NCBI GenBank assembly: GCA_036274155.1
Contig: DASUGH010000043.1
Location: forward strand, 11,165 to 75,164
Origin: Vicinamibacterales bacterium
GTDB taxonomy: Bacteria; Acidobacteriota; Vicinamibacteria; Vicinamibacterales; UBA2999
Direction of reading: 5' to 3'
Length of the DNA stretch: 64,000 nt
Shown: in pieces, positions 12,795-21,694 of the stretch
Numbering within the stretch: the first letter of the stretch is position 1
Layout: the number at the start of each line of letters is the position of its first letter
Notes under the pieces: model-generated
Told to the model about the DNA's origin: nothing
Database searches by the model: none
What the model saw: only the letters and a program-made list of their open reading frames with translations
Program-made: the position numbers and the translations under genes

Positions 12795-14107
12795 GGTGTC
12801 CGATGCTGTGAGTCGAGGTACGCCTGCATGGCGACGGTCTGCACCTGTTTCGCCGGCAGCCGGTGCTCGGTCGCCAGCCGCACGCAGTCGTCGAACTCCG
12901 GCGCGACGTTCATCACCACGCCGTTGCGGCGAGCGATCTTGAAGCGGATGGTGCCGAGCGGCGTCTCCACCGCAATCGTCTCGCGGTCGAGACATTCGCG
13001 TCGCACGTCCTGATAGCGGACGCCAATCGTCGTCGTCTCACGGAACACCGTGGACGTGAGCCGCTCGCGGACCGTCGGCGGCGCCACGATCGTCAGCAGC
13101 GTGCCCGGCCGGCTCTTCTTCATCTGGATCGGTGTGTAGAAGACGTCGAGCGCCCCTTCCCCGAGCAGCCGGTCCATCAGGACGCCGAAGATCTGCGGGT
13201 TCATGTCGTCGATTTCGGCTTCGATGACGACGACGCTGTGTGACGACGCGGAGTCATCCTGTTCGCCGAGGACGACGCGCACGACGTTAGGGGTGTCGGG
13301 TAAGTCGCGGGCGCCGGCGCCATACCCGATCCGGCTCACCCGCATCGGCGGCATGGCGCCGTACGCAGCGGCGTAGTCGGTCACGAGCAGCGCACCCGTA
13401 GGGGTGACCAGCTCGACCTGCTGCGCGCTCGCATACACGGGCGCACCCTGCAACAGCCGGAGGGTCGCCGGCGCCGGCACCGGATACACACCGTGTGCAG
13501 ACCGCACAGTGCCGCCACCCACGTTCAGTGGCGACGCGACAATCCGGTCGACCCGAAGCCGTTCGAGCGCGAAAACGGTACCGACCACATCGATGATCGA
13601 GTCGAGGGCACCCACTTCGTGCAGGTGTACCTGCTCGAGCAGCACGCCGTGAACGGCCGCCTCCGCCGTGCCGAGACGCTGAAACAGATGCTTCGCCCGT
13701 GCCTTGCCTTCGGCGCTGAGCGCCGAGCGGTCGATCAGAGACGCGATTTCATTCAGGGTGCGGTTCTGATGCGCCGCGCCCTGCGTGTGCACATGGGCGC
13801 CGCCGTGCCGATGCGGGTGCCGGGCCCCGTGCGGCTCGTGCTCGTGATAGTGGTCGTGCACGAGCGCCGACACGTGCTGCGGCAGGCCTGAGGCAGGGGC
13901 GTGCTCGCCACGGACGCAGAACCGGGTCGCGCTGATTCCCGCACGGCTGACACGGTCGGTCCATACCGTGTCGGGGGTGATCGCCAGACTGCCGAGCGCG
14001 CCTCGCACCTCTTCGAGCGGCACGCCGACATCGATCAGCGCACCGAGGATCATGTCGCCGGCCGCGCCCGAAAAGCAGTCGAAGTAGAGCGTCGTCAACC
14101 TCCCCAT
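12791..14107 (-). CDS. larC: Nickel pincer cofactor Ni-insertion protein LarC
   Basis: YFDCFSGAAGDMILGAL, His-rich insert, HLHEVGALDSIID, HGVYPVPAPAT, ELVTPTGA, MKKSRPG, ETTTIGVR. Confidence 0.93.
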   Translation of the reverse strand: MGRLTTLYFDCFSGAAGDMILGALIDVGVPLEEVRGALGSLAITPDTVWTDRVSRAGISATRFCVRGEHAPASGLPQHVSALVHDHYHEHEPHGARHPHRHGGAHVHTQGAAHQNRTLNEIASLIDRSALSAEGKARAKHLFQRLGTAEAAVHGVLLEQVHLHEVGALDSIIDVVGTVFALERLRVDRIVASPLNVGGGTVRSAHGVYPVPAPATLRLLQGAPVYASAQQVELVTPTGALLVTDYAAAYGAMPPMRVSRIGYGAGARDLPDTPNVVRVVLGEQDDSASSHSVVVIEAEIDDMNPQIFGVLMDRLLGEGALDVFYTPIQMKKSRPGTLLTIVAPPTVRERLTSTVFRETTTIGVRYQDVRRECLDRETIAVETPLGTIRFKIARRNGVVMNVAPEFDDCVRLATEHRLPAKQVQTVAMQAYLDSQHRTP

Positions 14108-14108
14108 C

Positions 14109-14792
14109 TTACCCTGCGCGCGAACCGATGCGCCCCGACTCGACGAGCGAGTAATAGCGCTGATCAGCGAGGATCACATGGTCGACGACGTCGATGCCCA
14201 TCACCGATCCGGCGCTGACCATGCGCGACGTGAGCATGAGATCGTCGGCGCTCGGCGTCGGATCGCCGGACGGGTGGTTGTGAAACAGCACGATCGCCGC
14301 AGCGGAGGCGGCGGTGGCTTCGCGGAAGACCTCGCGAGGATGGACCACCGTGGTGTCGAGCGATCCCACCGCCACGATCTTGATGCGAATCAGGCGGTGC
14401 TTCGTGTCGAGCAGCACGATGCCGAACTGTTCGACCGGACGCGACCCGTACTGTGGCAGCAGATACGCCGCCACCTCTGATGGGGTTCGAAAGCGCGGAC
14501 GCTCCCTGACTGCCGGCAGCAGCGTACGGCGCCCGAGCTCGACGGCGGCCAGCACCTGTGCGGCGCGTGCACGGCCCACGCCTGACACCTGACAGAGAGC
14601 GCCGGCGTCGACACGGGCCAGGCCGTGGACCCCGCCGGCCTGCTCGAGCAGCCGGTTGGCAACGTCGAGTGCTCCGGAGCCGCGGGCGCCGCTGCCCAGC
14701 ACCACGGCCAGCAGCTCGTTGTCGCCGAGTCCGGCAGCACCGAGACGCTCCAACTTCTCGCGAGGACGATCGTGCGGGGCGAGGTCTTTCAT
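14109..14792 (-). CDS. radC: RadC/UPF0758 JAB-domain protein
   Basis: RPREKL, HhH, VHPREVF, HNHPSGDPTPSADD JAMM motif, DHVIL. Confidence 0.94.
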   Translation of the reverse strand: MKDLAPHDRPREKLERLGAAGLGDNELLAVVLGSGARGSGALDVANRLLEQAGGVHGLARVDAGALCQVSGVGRARAAQVLAAVELGRRTLLPAVRERPRFRTPSEVAAYLLPQYGSRPVEQFGIVLLDTKHRLIRIKIVAVGSLDTTVVHPREVFREATAASAAAIVLFHNHPSGDPTPSADDLMLTSRMVSAGSVMGIDVVDHVILADQRYYSLVESGRIGSRAG

Positions 14793-14807
14793 CTATACTC
14801 AATTTCC

Positions 14808-15404
14808 ATGTGCCGTTGGTCGCCGCGGCCGCCGCGGTTTCGCTGGCTGCTCGTGGCCCTGCCGCTTCTCTCTCTCGCCTGCGCGGCCCCTCCGAACAAG
14901 GAGATCGGTGACGCGCAGAACGCCTTGAAGGCCGCACAGGCCGGAGGCGCCCAGCAGTACGCACCCGAGTCGTATGCGGAGGCCGAGGACGCCTACCGGC
15001 GCGCCAACCAGGCGGTGCTCGCCGGCGACTATCGTCTGGCGTTGAACTACGCCCTCGAGAGCCGCGAACACGCCCAGAACGCCACCAGGCAGTCGGCCGA
15101 CGCCAACGTGCGCGCCCGCGACGAAGTGCAGCGCCTGATGATCGACGTGACCGGCCTGCTCGCGCAGACGGTGGCGTTGACCGAGCAAGCGGAACGGGCG
15201 AACGTGTCGCCGCGCGTGGTGCGGGAGGCGCGCCAGTCGCTGGCGCAACTCAATGGAGACGTGCAAAAAGCGAGCGCAGCGATGGCCGAGAAGAACTACG
15301 TCGGTGCCAGGCCGCTGCTGCTCGGGGTGAAAGAGCGTCTCGAGAAGACGAACGCGTCGGTGCAGCGAGTGATGCCGGCGCAGTCCTCGAAACGCCGCAC
15401 CTAG
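14808..15404 (+). CDS. Putative lipoprotein (DUF4398-like, helical)
   Basis: Lipobox-like LSLAC after a hydrophobic signal; AQNALKAAQAGGAQQYAPESY pattern. Confidence 0.6.
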   Translation: MCRWSPRPPRFRWLLVALPLLSLACAAPPNKEIGDAQNALKAAQAGGAQQYAPESYAEAEDAYRRANQAVLAGDYRLALNYALESREHAQNATRQSADANVRARDEVQRLMIDVTGLLAQTVALTEQAERANVSPRVVREARQSLAQLNGDVQKASAAMAEKNYVGARPLLLGVKERLEKTNASVQRVMPAQSSKRRT

Positions 15405-15446
15405 CGCCAGTACGACGAAACTGCACCCGGTGCCTGACCCGGGCGC

Positions 15447-16232
15447 TTACAAAAGCCACTCCCCTTCGAACACGAGCTCGGCCCATCCGGTCAGGTAGAC
15501 GCCGTCCGCGCGCCATTCCACGTGCTGCGTGCCGCCGGGGGCGTCCACGTCCATCTCCCGGGCTGCGCCGCCGTGGGCGGCAGCCGCCACTGCCGACGCC
15601 GACGTCCCTGTCCCCGACGAAGACGTCGGCCCGACACCGCGTTCCCAGATCAGGATGCGGATGCGGTCGGGCGCCAGGATCTGCGCGAACTCCACGTTGG
15701 TGCCGGACGGAAACATGCGATGGGTTGCCAGCGCCGGACCGAGTCGGGCAAAGCGGGCGGCATCGGGCAGCTGTCCGAGCACCACACATTGCGGGTTGCC
15801 CATGCCGAGCACACTCGCCGTCAGCAGCTCGCCCTCGACCGGTATCCGCTCCTGACGCAGGTCGGTCGGCGGACCGAGAGCCGCACGAAGCGTATGCCGG
15901 GGGCCGTCCACGGACATCAGTTCGAGCGTTTTCAGGCCAGCGCCGGTGTCGATGGTCAGGATCGCACCGGCGCTCAGACCCTGCCGGTGCGCGACCAGCG
16001 CCGCCAGGCAGCGCAACCCGTTTCCCGAGAGCTCCGAGGGACTGCCATCGGCATTGAACAGCGTCATCGACGCCGCGCGCTCGCGAAGCTGGAACACGAC
16101 GAGGCCGTCCGCGCCCGCACCGAGATGGCGGTCGCACATTCGCCGTGCCTGAGACGAGAGGTCGCCGCGTACGTCCTCGGCCGGGGCCAGAAGGAAGTCG
16201 TTCCCGTAGGCGTGTGCCTTCACTATGCGCAT
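15447..16232 (-). CDS. dapF: Diaminopimelate epimerase homologue (catalytic Cys replaced by Ser)
   Basis: KAHAYGNDF, GADGL, NADGS, SGNGLRC, GNPQCV, TNVEF, WERGVG, SSGTG. Confidence 0.8.
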   Translation of the reverse strand: MRIVKAHAYGNDFLLAPAEDVRGDLSSQARRMCDRHLGAGADGLVVFQLRERAASMTLFNADGSPSELSGNGLRCLAALVAHRQGLSAGAILTIDTGAGLKTLELMSVDGPRHTLRAALGPPTDLRQERIPVEGELLTASVLGMGNPQCVVLGQLPDAARFARLGPALATHRMFPSGTNVEFAQILAPDRIRILIWERGVGPTSSSGTGTSASAVAAAAHGGAAREMDVDAPGGTQHVEWRADGVYLTGWAELVFEGEWLL

Positions 16233-16260
16233 CGAGGTGAACGCCAGGTCGCGGGATGGT

Positions 16261-17106
16261 TCAGGGCACCGTGAAAGCACTGAACACGTAGGTAAATCCT
16301 GCCGCCACACCGAAACCCGGATCCCGGTCCGCCAGACCGACGATCAGCGCGGCGTCCGCGCGCCAGCTCCCGACCGTGTAGCGCGCGCCCACCCGGAGCA
16401 CGCTGCTCGACTCGGTGCCGGGCAGCGGATCCCCGTTCCGCGTATCGACATGGCCGTTCACTTCACCGACGATCTCGGCCGCCGTGGTGAGAGCGCGCGC
16501 GAACGACGCCCCGTAGGTCAACGCATCGTCCTGCCGATCCCCCCGCGTCGGATCGGACAGGATGGCAACCCCGAGGTTCCCGACGACGCGAAGCGACTCG
16601 AACGTCTTGGCGCCCAGCACCGACACGTAGAAATCGATCGTGTCGAGGCCGATGCCGCTCTCGTTGGACGCATTCGGCAGCTTGGTGGCGAACCGCACGC
16701 CGAAACCGGGCGACATCGCGCCCTCGGATACGACCCGGACCTTCGTGCCGATGACGAAGTCCTGAACGCTCCACGTCGTATCGCCAGTGGCCGTGATCAT
16801 CCCGGCAAGCGGCGCCGACGGATCACGGTCCGTGATACTCAAGCGATTGTAGAGGCCGCCGTCAATCTGGACTTCAGCGATCGAGCTGATCCCGACGCTG
16901 ACGCCGACGAGCGGCACGCGCAGCAGGTTGCCCTGCAGACCGGACGCGGAGTACTCGACGCCGCGGCCGTAGTCGAACCCTCCCTCCACGAGGACACGGC
17001 CGGCGCCCACCGTCTCGGGATCTTCCGTGACGAGCGGACGCTGCTGCGCAAACACAGTCAGGGGCACACACAGGGCGTATACGACAACCAGCAACACACG
17101 TGTCAT
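16261..17106 (-). CDS. Secreted/outer-membrane beta-strand-rich protein (putative beta-barrel)
   Basis: Signal peptide ending VFAQQ; alternating amphipathic beta strands; aromatic C-terminal strand GFTYVF. Confidence 0.6.
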   Translation of the reverse strand: MTRVLLVVVYALCVPLTVFAQQRPLVTEDPETVGAGRVLVEGGFDYGRGVEYSASGLQGNLLRVPLVGVSVGISSIAEVQIDGGLYNRLSITDRDPSAPLAGMITATGDTTWSVQDFVIGTKVRVVSEGAMSPGFGVRFATKLPNASNESGIGLDTIDFYVSVLGAKTFESLRVVGNLGVAILSDPTRGDRQDDALTYGASFARALTTAAEIVGEVNGHVDTRNGDPLPGTESSSVLRVGARYTVGSWRADAALIVGLADRDPGFGVAAGFTYVFSAFTVP

Positions 17107-17202
17107 GGAAGATTTCGCGTGCCGGATCGACCGGCGCGGTCATCCTGAGGGCACGATTGACGGCCAGTGGATCGGCCGTCGAGTCAATGTTAGCGAGTCT
17201 CG

Positions 17203-17655
17203 TCAGAACTGACGCCTGCTGTCGACGAGAATCGTGACCGGCCCGTCGTTCACGAGCTCGACGTCCATCATTGCCTGGAACTCCCCGGTGGAGACGGACA
17301 ACAGCGCTGCACGCAATTCTCTCACGAGATCCTCGTAGAGCCCGCGCGCGGCGTCGGGCGGCGCGGCGCCGTCGAACGACGGGCGCCTCCCCTTGCGCAC
17401 GTCGCCGTACAACGTGAACTGGGAAACAACCAGAACGGCGCCGCCGATCTCGGTGACCGAGCGGTCGTTCGGCCGCCCGTTCTCGCCGTCGAAGATGCGC
17501 ACATCGCGAATCTTGCCGGCAATGTACCGCACGTCCGCCGCCGTGTCGTCGCGGCCGATGCCGAGGAAGACGAGCACGCCCTGCCCGATCTCGCCGGCGA
17601 TCCGGTCGCCCACGCGCACCCGGGCCGACTTCACCCGCTGGACGACGGCTCGCAC
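17203..17655 (-). CDS. dtd: D-aminoacyl-tRNA deacylase
   Basis: RAVVQRV, VSQFTL, GRRPSF, VNDGPVT; GTG start at 17655. Confidence 0.95.
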   Translation of the reverse strand: MRAVVQRVKSARVRVGDRIAGEIGQGVLVFLGIGRDDTAADVRYIAGKIRDVRIFDGENGRPNDRSVTEIGGAVLVVSQFTLYGDVRKGRRPSFDGAAPPDAARGLYEDLVRELRAALLSVSTGEFQAMMDVELVNDGPVTILVDSRRQF

Positions 17656-17751
17656 GCTCCTCCATCGTTCATATGAATGTCGGATGACGGTTTGAAGGCC
17701 CGTCTCTAACCATCCGCGTACCTGCACCGGAGCTCGGTTGCGCCCGGTATG

Positions 17752-17790
17752 GACCACGAAGGGCGTGAGTGCCGTAAGGCCTTCGTGGTC
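17752..17790. repeat. Inverted repeat/hairpin GACCACGAAGG...CCTTCGTGGTC just downstream of ttcA
   Basis: 11-bp perfect arms read directly. Confidence 0.6.
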
Positions 17791-17799
17791 TCCACGCGG

Positions 17800-18633
17800 T
17801 CAATGCTGAATCTGGATCAGCGGTTGATTGCGCCCTTCGTCTTCCAGGCGCAGCGCGACGCTGTCGCGGAGCTCGCCGCTCGGATTCAGGCGGGTGTCCA
17901 GCAGATGGCGCGGCATCACGTTGCCGAGCGCCTTGAGCATCGACTGTTTCACGCCAGGATGTTCGCGTTCCAGATCCAGGATGAGCCGCTTCACCCGTTG
18001 ACGCTGCAGGCTGAGATCGCCGCAGGCGGGACAGCAGCAGCCGATGATGGGCAGCCCGCACTCCTTCGTGTACAGCCTGGCCTCGTCCTCGCCGACGTAG
18101 ACGAGCGGTCGAATGACGACATGCTCGCCGTTGTCGGACACGAGGCGCGCCGGCATCGCCTTGAGCGCACCGGCAAAGAAGAGGTTCAGCAGGAGCGTTT
18201 CGATGAAGTCGTCCTGATGGTGCCCGAGCGCAATCTTGGTGGCCTGCACCTCGGCGGCGATGCGATACAGGACGCCGCGCCGCAGGCGCGCGCAGAGCGA
18301 GCACGGCGTCGCGTTCGCCTCCAGCAGGTCGTCCATCACCTCGCCGATCGCCGTGTGCTCGATCCGGTACTCCCAGCCACGCTGCTGGCAGGTCCTGGCG
18401 ATCACGTCGTGCTTGTAGTCCTTGTAGCCGGAGTCGACGTTCACGGCGATGAGCGAGAAGCGAATCGGTGCGCGCTGACGCAGGTTGTCGAGCGTCTGCA
18501 TCAGCGCCCAGCTGTCCTTGCCGCCGGACAGCCCCACCATCACCCGATCGCCGTCTTCGATCAGGTTGAAGTCGGTGATGGCACGTGTGGTCTTCTTCGC
18601 GACTCGCGCTTCGAGCGGGCTTCTGTACGACAT
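17800..18633 (-). CDS. ttcA: tRNA 2-thiocytidine(32) synthetase
   Basis: PP-loop SGGKDS, CSLCARLRRG, LGHHQDD, IRPL, CCCPAC. Confidence 0.93.
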   Translation of the reverse strand: MSYRSPLEARVAKKTTRAITDFNLIEDGDRVMVGLSGGKDSWALMQTLDNLRQRAPIRFSLIAVNVDSGYKDYKHDVIARTCQQRGWEYRIEHTAIGEVMDDLLEANATPCSLCARLRRGVLYRIAAEVQATKIALGHHQDDFIETLLLNLFFAGALKAMPARLVSDNGEHVVIRPLVYVGEDEARLYTKECGLPIIGCCCPACGDLSLQRQRVKRLILDLEREHPGVKQSMLKALGNVMPRHLLDTRLNPSGELRDSVALRLEDEGRNQPLIQIQH

Positions 18634-18637
18634 GTCC

Positions 18638-19246
18638 CTATGAGTGTAGCCCGGCCGAACGTTGTCGCCATCTCGCCCAGATCCACCAGGCAACCACCGC
18701 GAGCACGATGAGACCGACGAGGAACAGCGCCACCGCCCGCCCCTGCGTTCGCATCAGCTCCAGGGCCGCGTCGCCGTAGTACACGGCAAGCAGTCCCAGC
18801 GCCAGATACCGGGCACCGCGCGCCACGGCGATGGCCAGCACGAAAGGCACCGGCCGGACATTGGCGAGACCTGCCGCCAGGACGAACAGCTTGAAGGGCG
18901 CCGGCGGCGGCAGCAGCGCCGGCACCATCAGCGCGAGCAGCCCGTGCCGGCGATACAAGGCGAGGGCGCGGTTCACGCTTCCCTCCTTCAGCCGGCGGCG
19001 CAGGAACGCCTCACCCCCTTTCTCGGCGAGGTAATAGATCACGTAGCAGCCGGCAATCGAGCCCAGTGTTGCCATCGCTGCGTAGTACAGCATCCAGTTC
19101 TTGTGCTGCGTGATCATCAGCACGACCAGGAGATCGTTGATCTGCGGGAGCGACACGAATGACGAATCGAGCATCGCGATGACGAAAATGCCCGGTCCGC
19201 CGAGCGAGGCGGCGATGGCCTGGATCCAGTTGATGAACGACTGCAC
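18638..19246 (-). CDS. DedA/YqaA (VTT domain) membrane protein
   Basis: LDSSFVSLP, TLGSIAG, LPPPAPFKLFVLAAG, ARGARY. Confidence 0.85.
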   Translation of the reverse strand: MQSFINWIQAIAASLGGPGIFVIAMLDSSFVSLPQINDLLVVLMITQHKNWMLYYAAMATLGSIAGCYVIYYLAEKGGEAFLRRRLKEGSVNRALALYRRHGLLALMVPALLPPPAPFKLFVLAAGLANVRPVPFVLAIAVARGARYLALGLLAVYYGDAALELMRTQGRAVALFLVGLIVLAVVAWWIWARWRQRSAGLHS

Positions 19247-19399
19247 GCGTGGCTGGTCTCGGGACCAGCGGCCGGGGAGGCACCAGCAACTGGCCTCGCC
19301 TTCGACTGGGATCGGCCGCCTGGGATCGCCCGAAGGGCGCTCAGTGATTATAGCCGCGGACCATCAGGGCCCGGTCGGGACGACCGGAGGGTGACGGGC

Positions 19400-19439
19400 G
19401 AAAACAGGGCTGCCCGGAGATCACTGTCTCCGGGCAGCC
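19400..19439 (-). terminator. Intrinsic terminator after the beta-barrel gene
   Basis: GGCTGCCCGGAGA-loop-TCTCCGGGCAGCC stem followed by CTGTTTT on the minus strand. Confidence 0.7.
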
Positions 19440-19458
19440 AGGTACTGCGCTCGCGGAC

Positions 19459-20211
19459 TCAGAATCGGGCGCCGACCGTGGCCTGGAATGTCATGCCGCC
19501 CAGGTCGATCTTGGGACCGGCGAAGTCGGTGCTCAAGTCGCCCTCTGCCCAGTGCCATCTGAACTCGCCACCGACGCTGAATCCGCCGTGGACGAAACGG
19601 GCGCCGGTGAGGAAGATGGGGCCGGTCGACGTGCCGCTCTCCTCGAAGGTGTCCTCGAAGATCGCCATGTCCTGCGAGAAGTCGATGAACTCCCCGGCCT
19701 CGCTGTAGTTCCAGAAGAACACGCCGAGCCCGCCGCCAACGTACGGCTGAATCGCGGATCGGGAGCCGAGCGGAAGCACGCGCGCGGTGAATGCCAGCGG
19801 AACCTCGCGCAGCCGCAGATCCGAATCGATCTCGGTGCCGTCGCTATCGCTGAAATACAGGTAAGTGCTCGGCACCGTCTTGCTCGAATAGCTGATGCCG
19901 GCACCGAACTCGATGAACCTGCCGATCGGCAGCAGCCACTCGCCGCCGAACGTCACGCCCTTGAAGCCGTTGATGTCGAACAGGAAGGCTGAGGGGCTCG
20001 CGGGATCGAGGTTGGCGATGAGCACGTCGCCTTCGGTACGCGAACCCTCACCCTTCGGGAAGAAGCCGCCGAACAGAAAGTTGAACGTCTGAAACTGGAC
20101 GTCCTGGCTCCGTCCGACCGCCGGGGCGGGCCGCTGTGCGTAAGCGGGGCGCGCCGCGCCGGCGACGACGGCACACACCAGCAGTCCGCACAAGGTCATC
20201 TTCTTGATCAT
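19459..20211 (-). CDS. Outer-membrane beta-barrel protein
   Basis: Signal peptide (MIKKMTL...AYAQ), PYVGGGLG strand, C-terminal Phe (VGARF). Confidence 0.8.
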   Translation of the reverse strand: MIKKMTLCGLLVCAVVAGAARPAYAQRPAPAVGRSQDVQFQTFNFLFGGFFPKGEGSRTEGDVLIANLDPASPSAFLFDINGFKGVTFGGEWLLPIGRFIEFGAGISYSSKTVPSTYLYFSDSDGTEIDSDLRLREVPLAFTARVLPLGSRSAIQPYVGGGLGVFFWNYSEAGEFIDFSQDMAIFEDTFEESGTSTGPIFLTGARFVHGGFSVGGEFRWHWAEGDLSTDFAGPKIDLGGMTFQATVGARF

Positions 20212-20272
20212 GAGGTTCTCTCCGGAAACTAAGGCCGCGCCAACGATCGCGAGGGCGGTCCGGCCGGCAGGC

Positions 20273-20288
20273 TGCAAGGCAGATGCCG
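20273..20288 (-). promoter_or_regulatory. Putative sigma-54 (-24/-12) promoter
   Basis: CGGCATCTGCCTTGCA = GG-N10-GC about 60 bp upstream of the beta-barrel gene. Confidence 0.55.
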
Positions 20289-20380
20289 TGGGTGTGCGGC
20301 CGGTCGAGAGCGCCTGTTTGCATGGCCTTGCACGCCGCATGGTGACGGCCGCCCGTCCAGCCAGGTGTCGCTCGCAGGTA

Positions 20381-21205
20381 TCAACCCGTCCCGTTTCGAG
20401 CACGTTCGGTGCGGTACTCGCGGATGACGCCGAGAATTTCGTCGTGGAGCCGCCCGTTCGACGCCACCAGGTGCGCCGCCACCGGGTTGAACGGAGAACC
20501 GTCCATCCCTGTCACCCGGCCGCCAGCCTCCGCGACGATGAGCGCTCCCGCCGAAACGTCCCACGGCTTCAAATGCTGCTCCCAGAAGCCGTCGAATCGA
20601 GCACAGGCCACGTAGCACAGATCGAGTGCCGCCGACCCCAGCCGCCGTACCGCCCTGGCGGTGCCGAGAAACGCGCCGAACAGCCCGACCAGCTCGGCGG
20701 TCTGGCGGTGGACGTCGTACGGGAAACCGGTCACCAGCAGCGCATCGAGAAGAGTCGCTGTGGCGGACACCCGCATCGGCACGCCATTGAGAAACGCGCC
20801 GGCGCCACGCTCGGCCGTGAACAACTCCTGGCGCGTGGGATCGAAGATGGCCGCGACCTCGGCGCGACCGTCCACCTCGAGCGAGAGCGATGCGCAGAAG
20901 ATCGGCAGGCCGTGCGCGTAGTTCGTGGTTCCGTCGAGCGGATCGAACACCCACCGGAACCGCGATCGCGGCGGGTCTTCGGGGCCGGCGCTCAGCTCCT
21001 CGGCGAGGATGTCGTGCGCGGGGAACCGGTCGGCGAGCAGCGTCCGGCACATCCGCTCGCACTCGAGATCGACCTCGGTGACGAGATCGATCGTCCCCTT
21101 CTTGCTGACCTCGAAGCCCGATTCGCGGCGTTGCAGCTGGATGGCGCCGGCGCGGAGAACGATCTCGACCGCGGTGGAAAGGTAGATGGGATCGGGACCA
21201 CTCAT
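20381..21205 (-). CDS. suhB: Inositol monophosphatase family protein
   Basis: DLVTEVD, WVFDPLDGTTNYAHG, RRLGSAALDL, WDVSAG. Confidence 0.92.
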   Translation of the reverse strand: MSGPDPIYLSTAVEIVLRAGAIQLQRRESGFEVSKKGTIDLVTEVDLECERMCRTLLADRFPAHDILAEELSAGPEDPPRSRFRWVFDPLDGTTNYAHGLPIFCASLSLEVDGRAEVAAIFDPTRQELFTAERGAGAFLNGVPMRVSATATLLDALLVTGFPYDVHRQTAELVGLFGAFLGTARAVRRLGSAALDLCYVACARFDGFWEQHLKPWDVSAGALIVAEAGGRVTGMDGSPFNPVAAHLVASNGRLHDEILGVIREYRTERARNGTG

Positions 21206-21209
21206 CCCA

Positions 21210-21677
21210 TCATGGAGAGCTCGTCGACACGTGCTCGTGGCCGGCGTCGGCACGTTTGATCATCGTCACTTCCATCCCGCCTTCCGGGGCCGGACGCAAC
21301 TCCACCCGGTCCATGAAGCTCCTGATCAGAAAGATGCCGCGGCCGCTCGATTTGAGGATGTTCTCGGGGGCCAGCGGGTCGGGCAGGTGGGATGGATCGA
21401 ATCCGGTGCCCTCGTCTCGTACGCGGACCGCAAGGCCGCGTGGCGATTCGGCTTCGAGCGGCGTGAACTCGACGTGCACGCGCTTGCTGGCGTCGCCGGC
21501 GTTGCCGTGCTTGATCGCGTTGATGACCGACTCGCGCACGGCGACACCGACCCAATGCACGGCGTCTTCATCGAGACCGACGAGCCTGCCGATGTGATCG
21601 CTCACGACCTGCACGAAATCCAGCATCTCGAACGTGCTCTGAAAATCGAGTCGAACGGTGCTGTCGCGCTGGATCAT
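21210..21677 (-). CDS. Anti-sigma factor Ser/Thr kinase (RsbW-like HATPase)
   Basis: ESVINAIKHGN, VRDEGTGF, SGRGIFLIRSFMD. Confidence 0.9.
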   Translation of the reverse strand: MIQRDSTVRLDFQSTFEMLDFVQVVSDHIGRLVGLDEDAVHWVGVAVRESVINAIKHGNAGDASKRVHVEFTPLEAESPRGLAVRVRDEGTGFDPSHLPDPLAPENILKSSGRGIFLIRSFMDRVELRPAPEGGMEVTMIKRADAGHEHVSTSSP

Positions 21678-21694
21678 CGGCTCTGCGAAGCCCG

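Noticed and set aside
14109-14792. radC as a mobile-element marker
   Set aside because: Full-length chromosomal form with HhH, in a housekeeping operon, with no mobility genes
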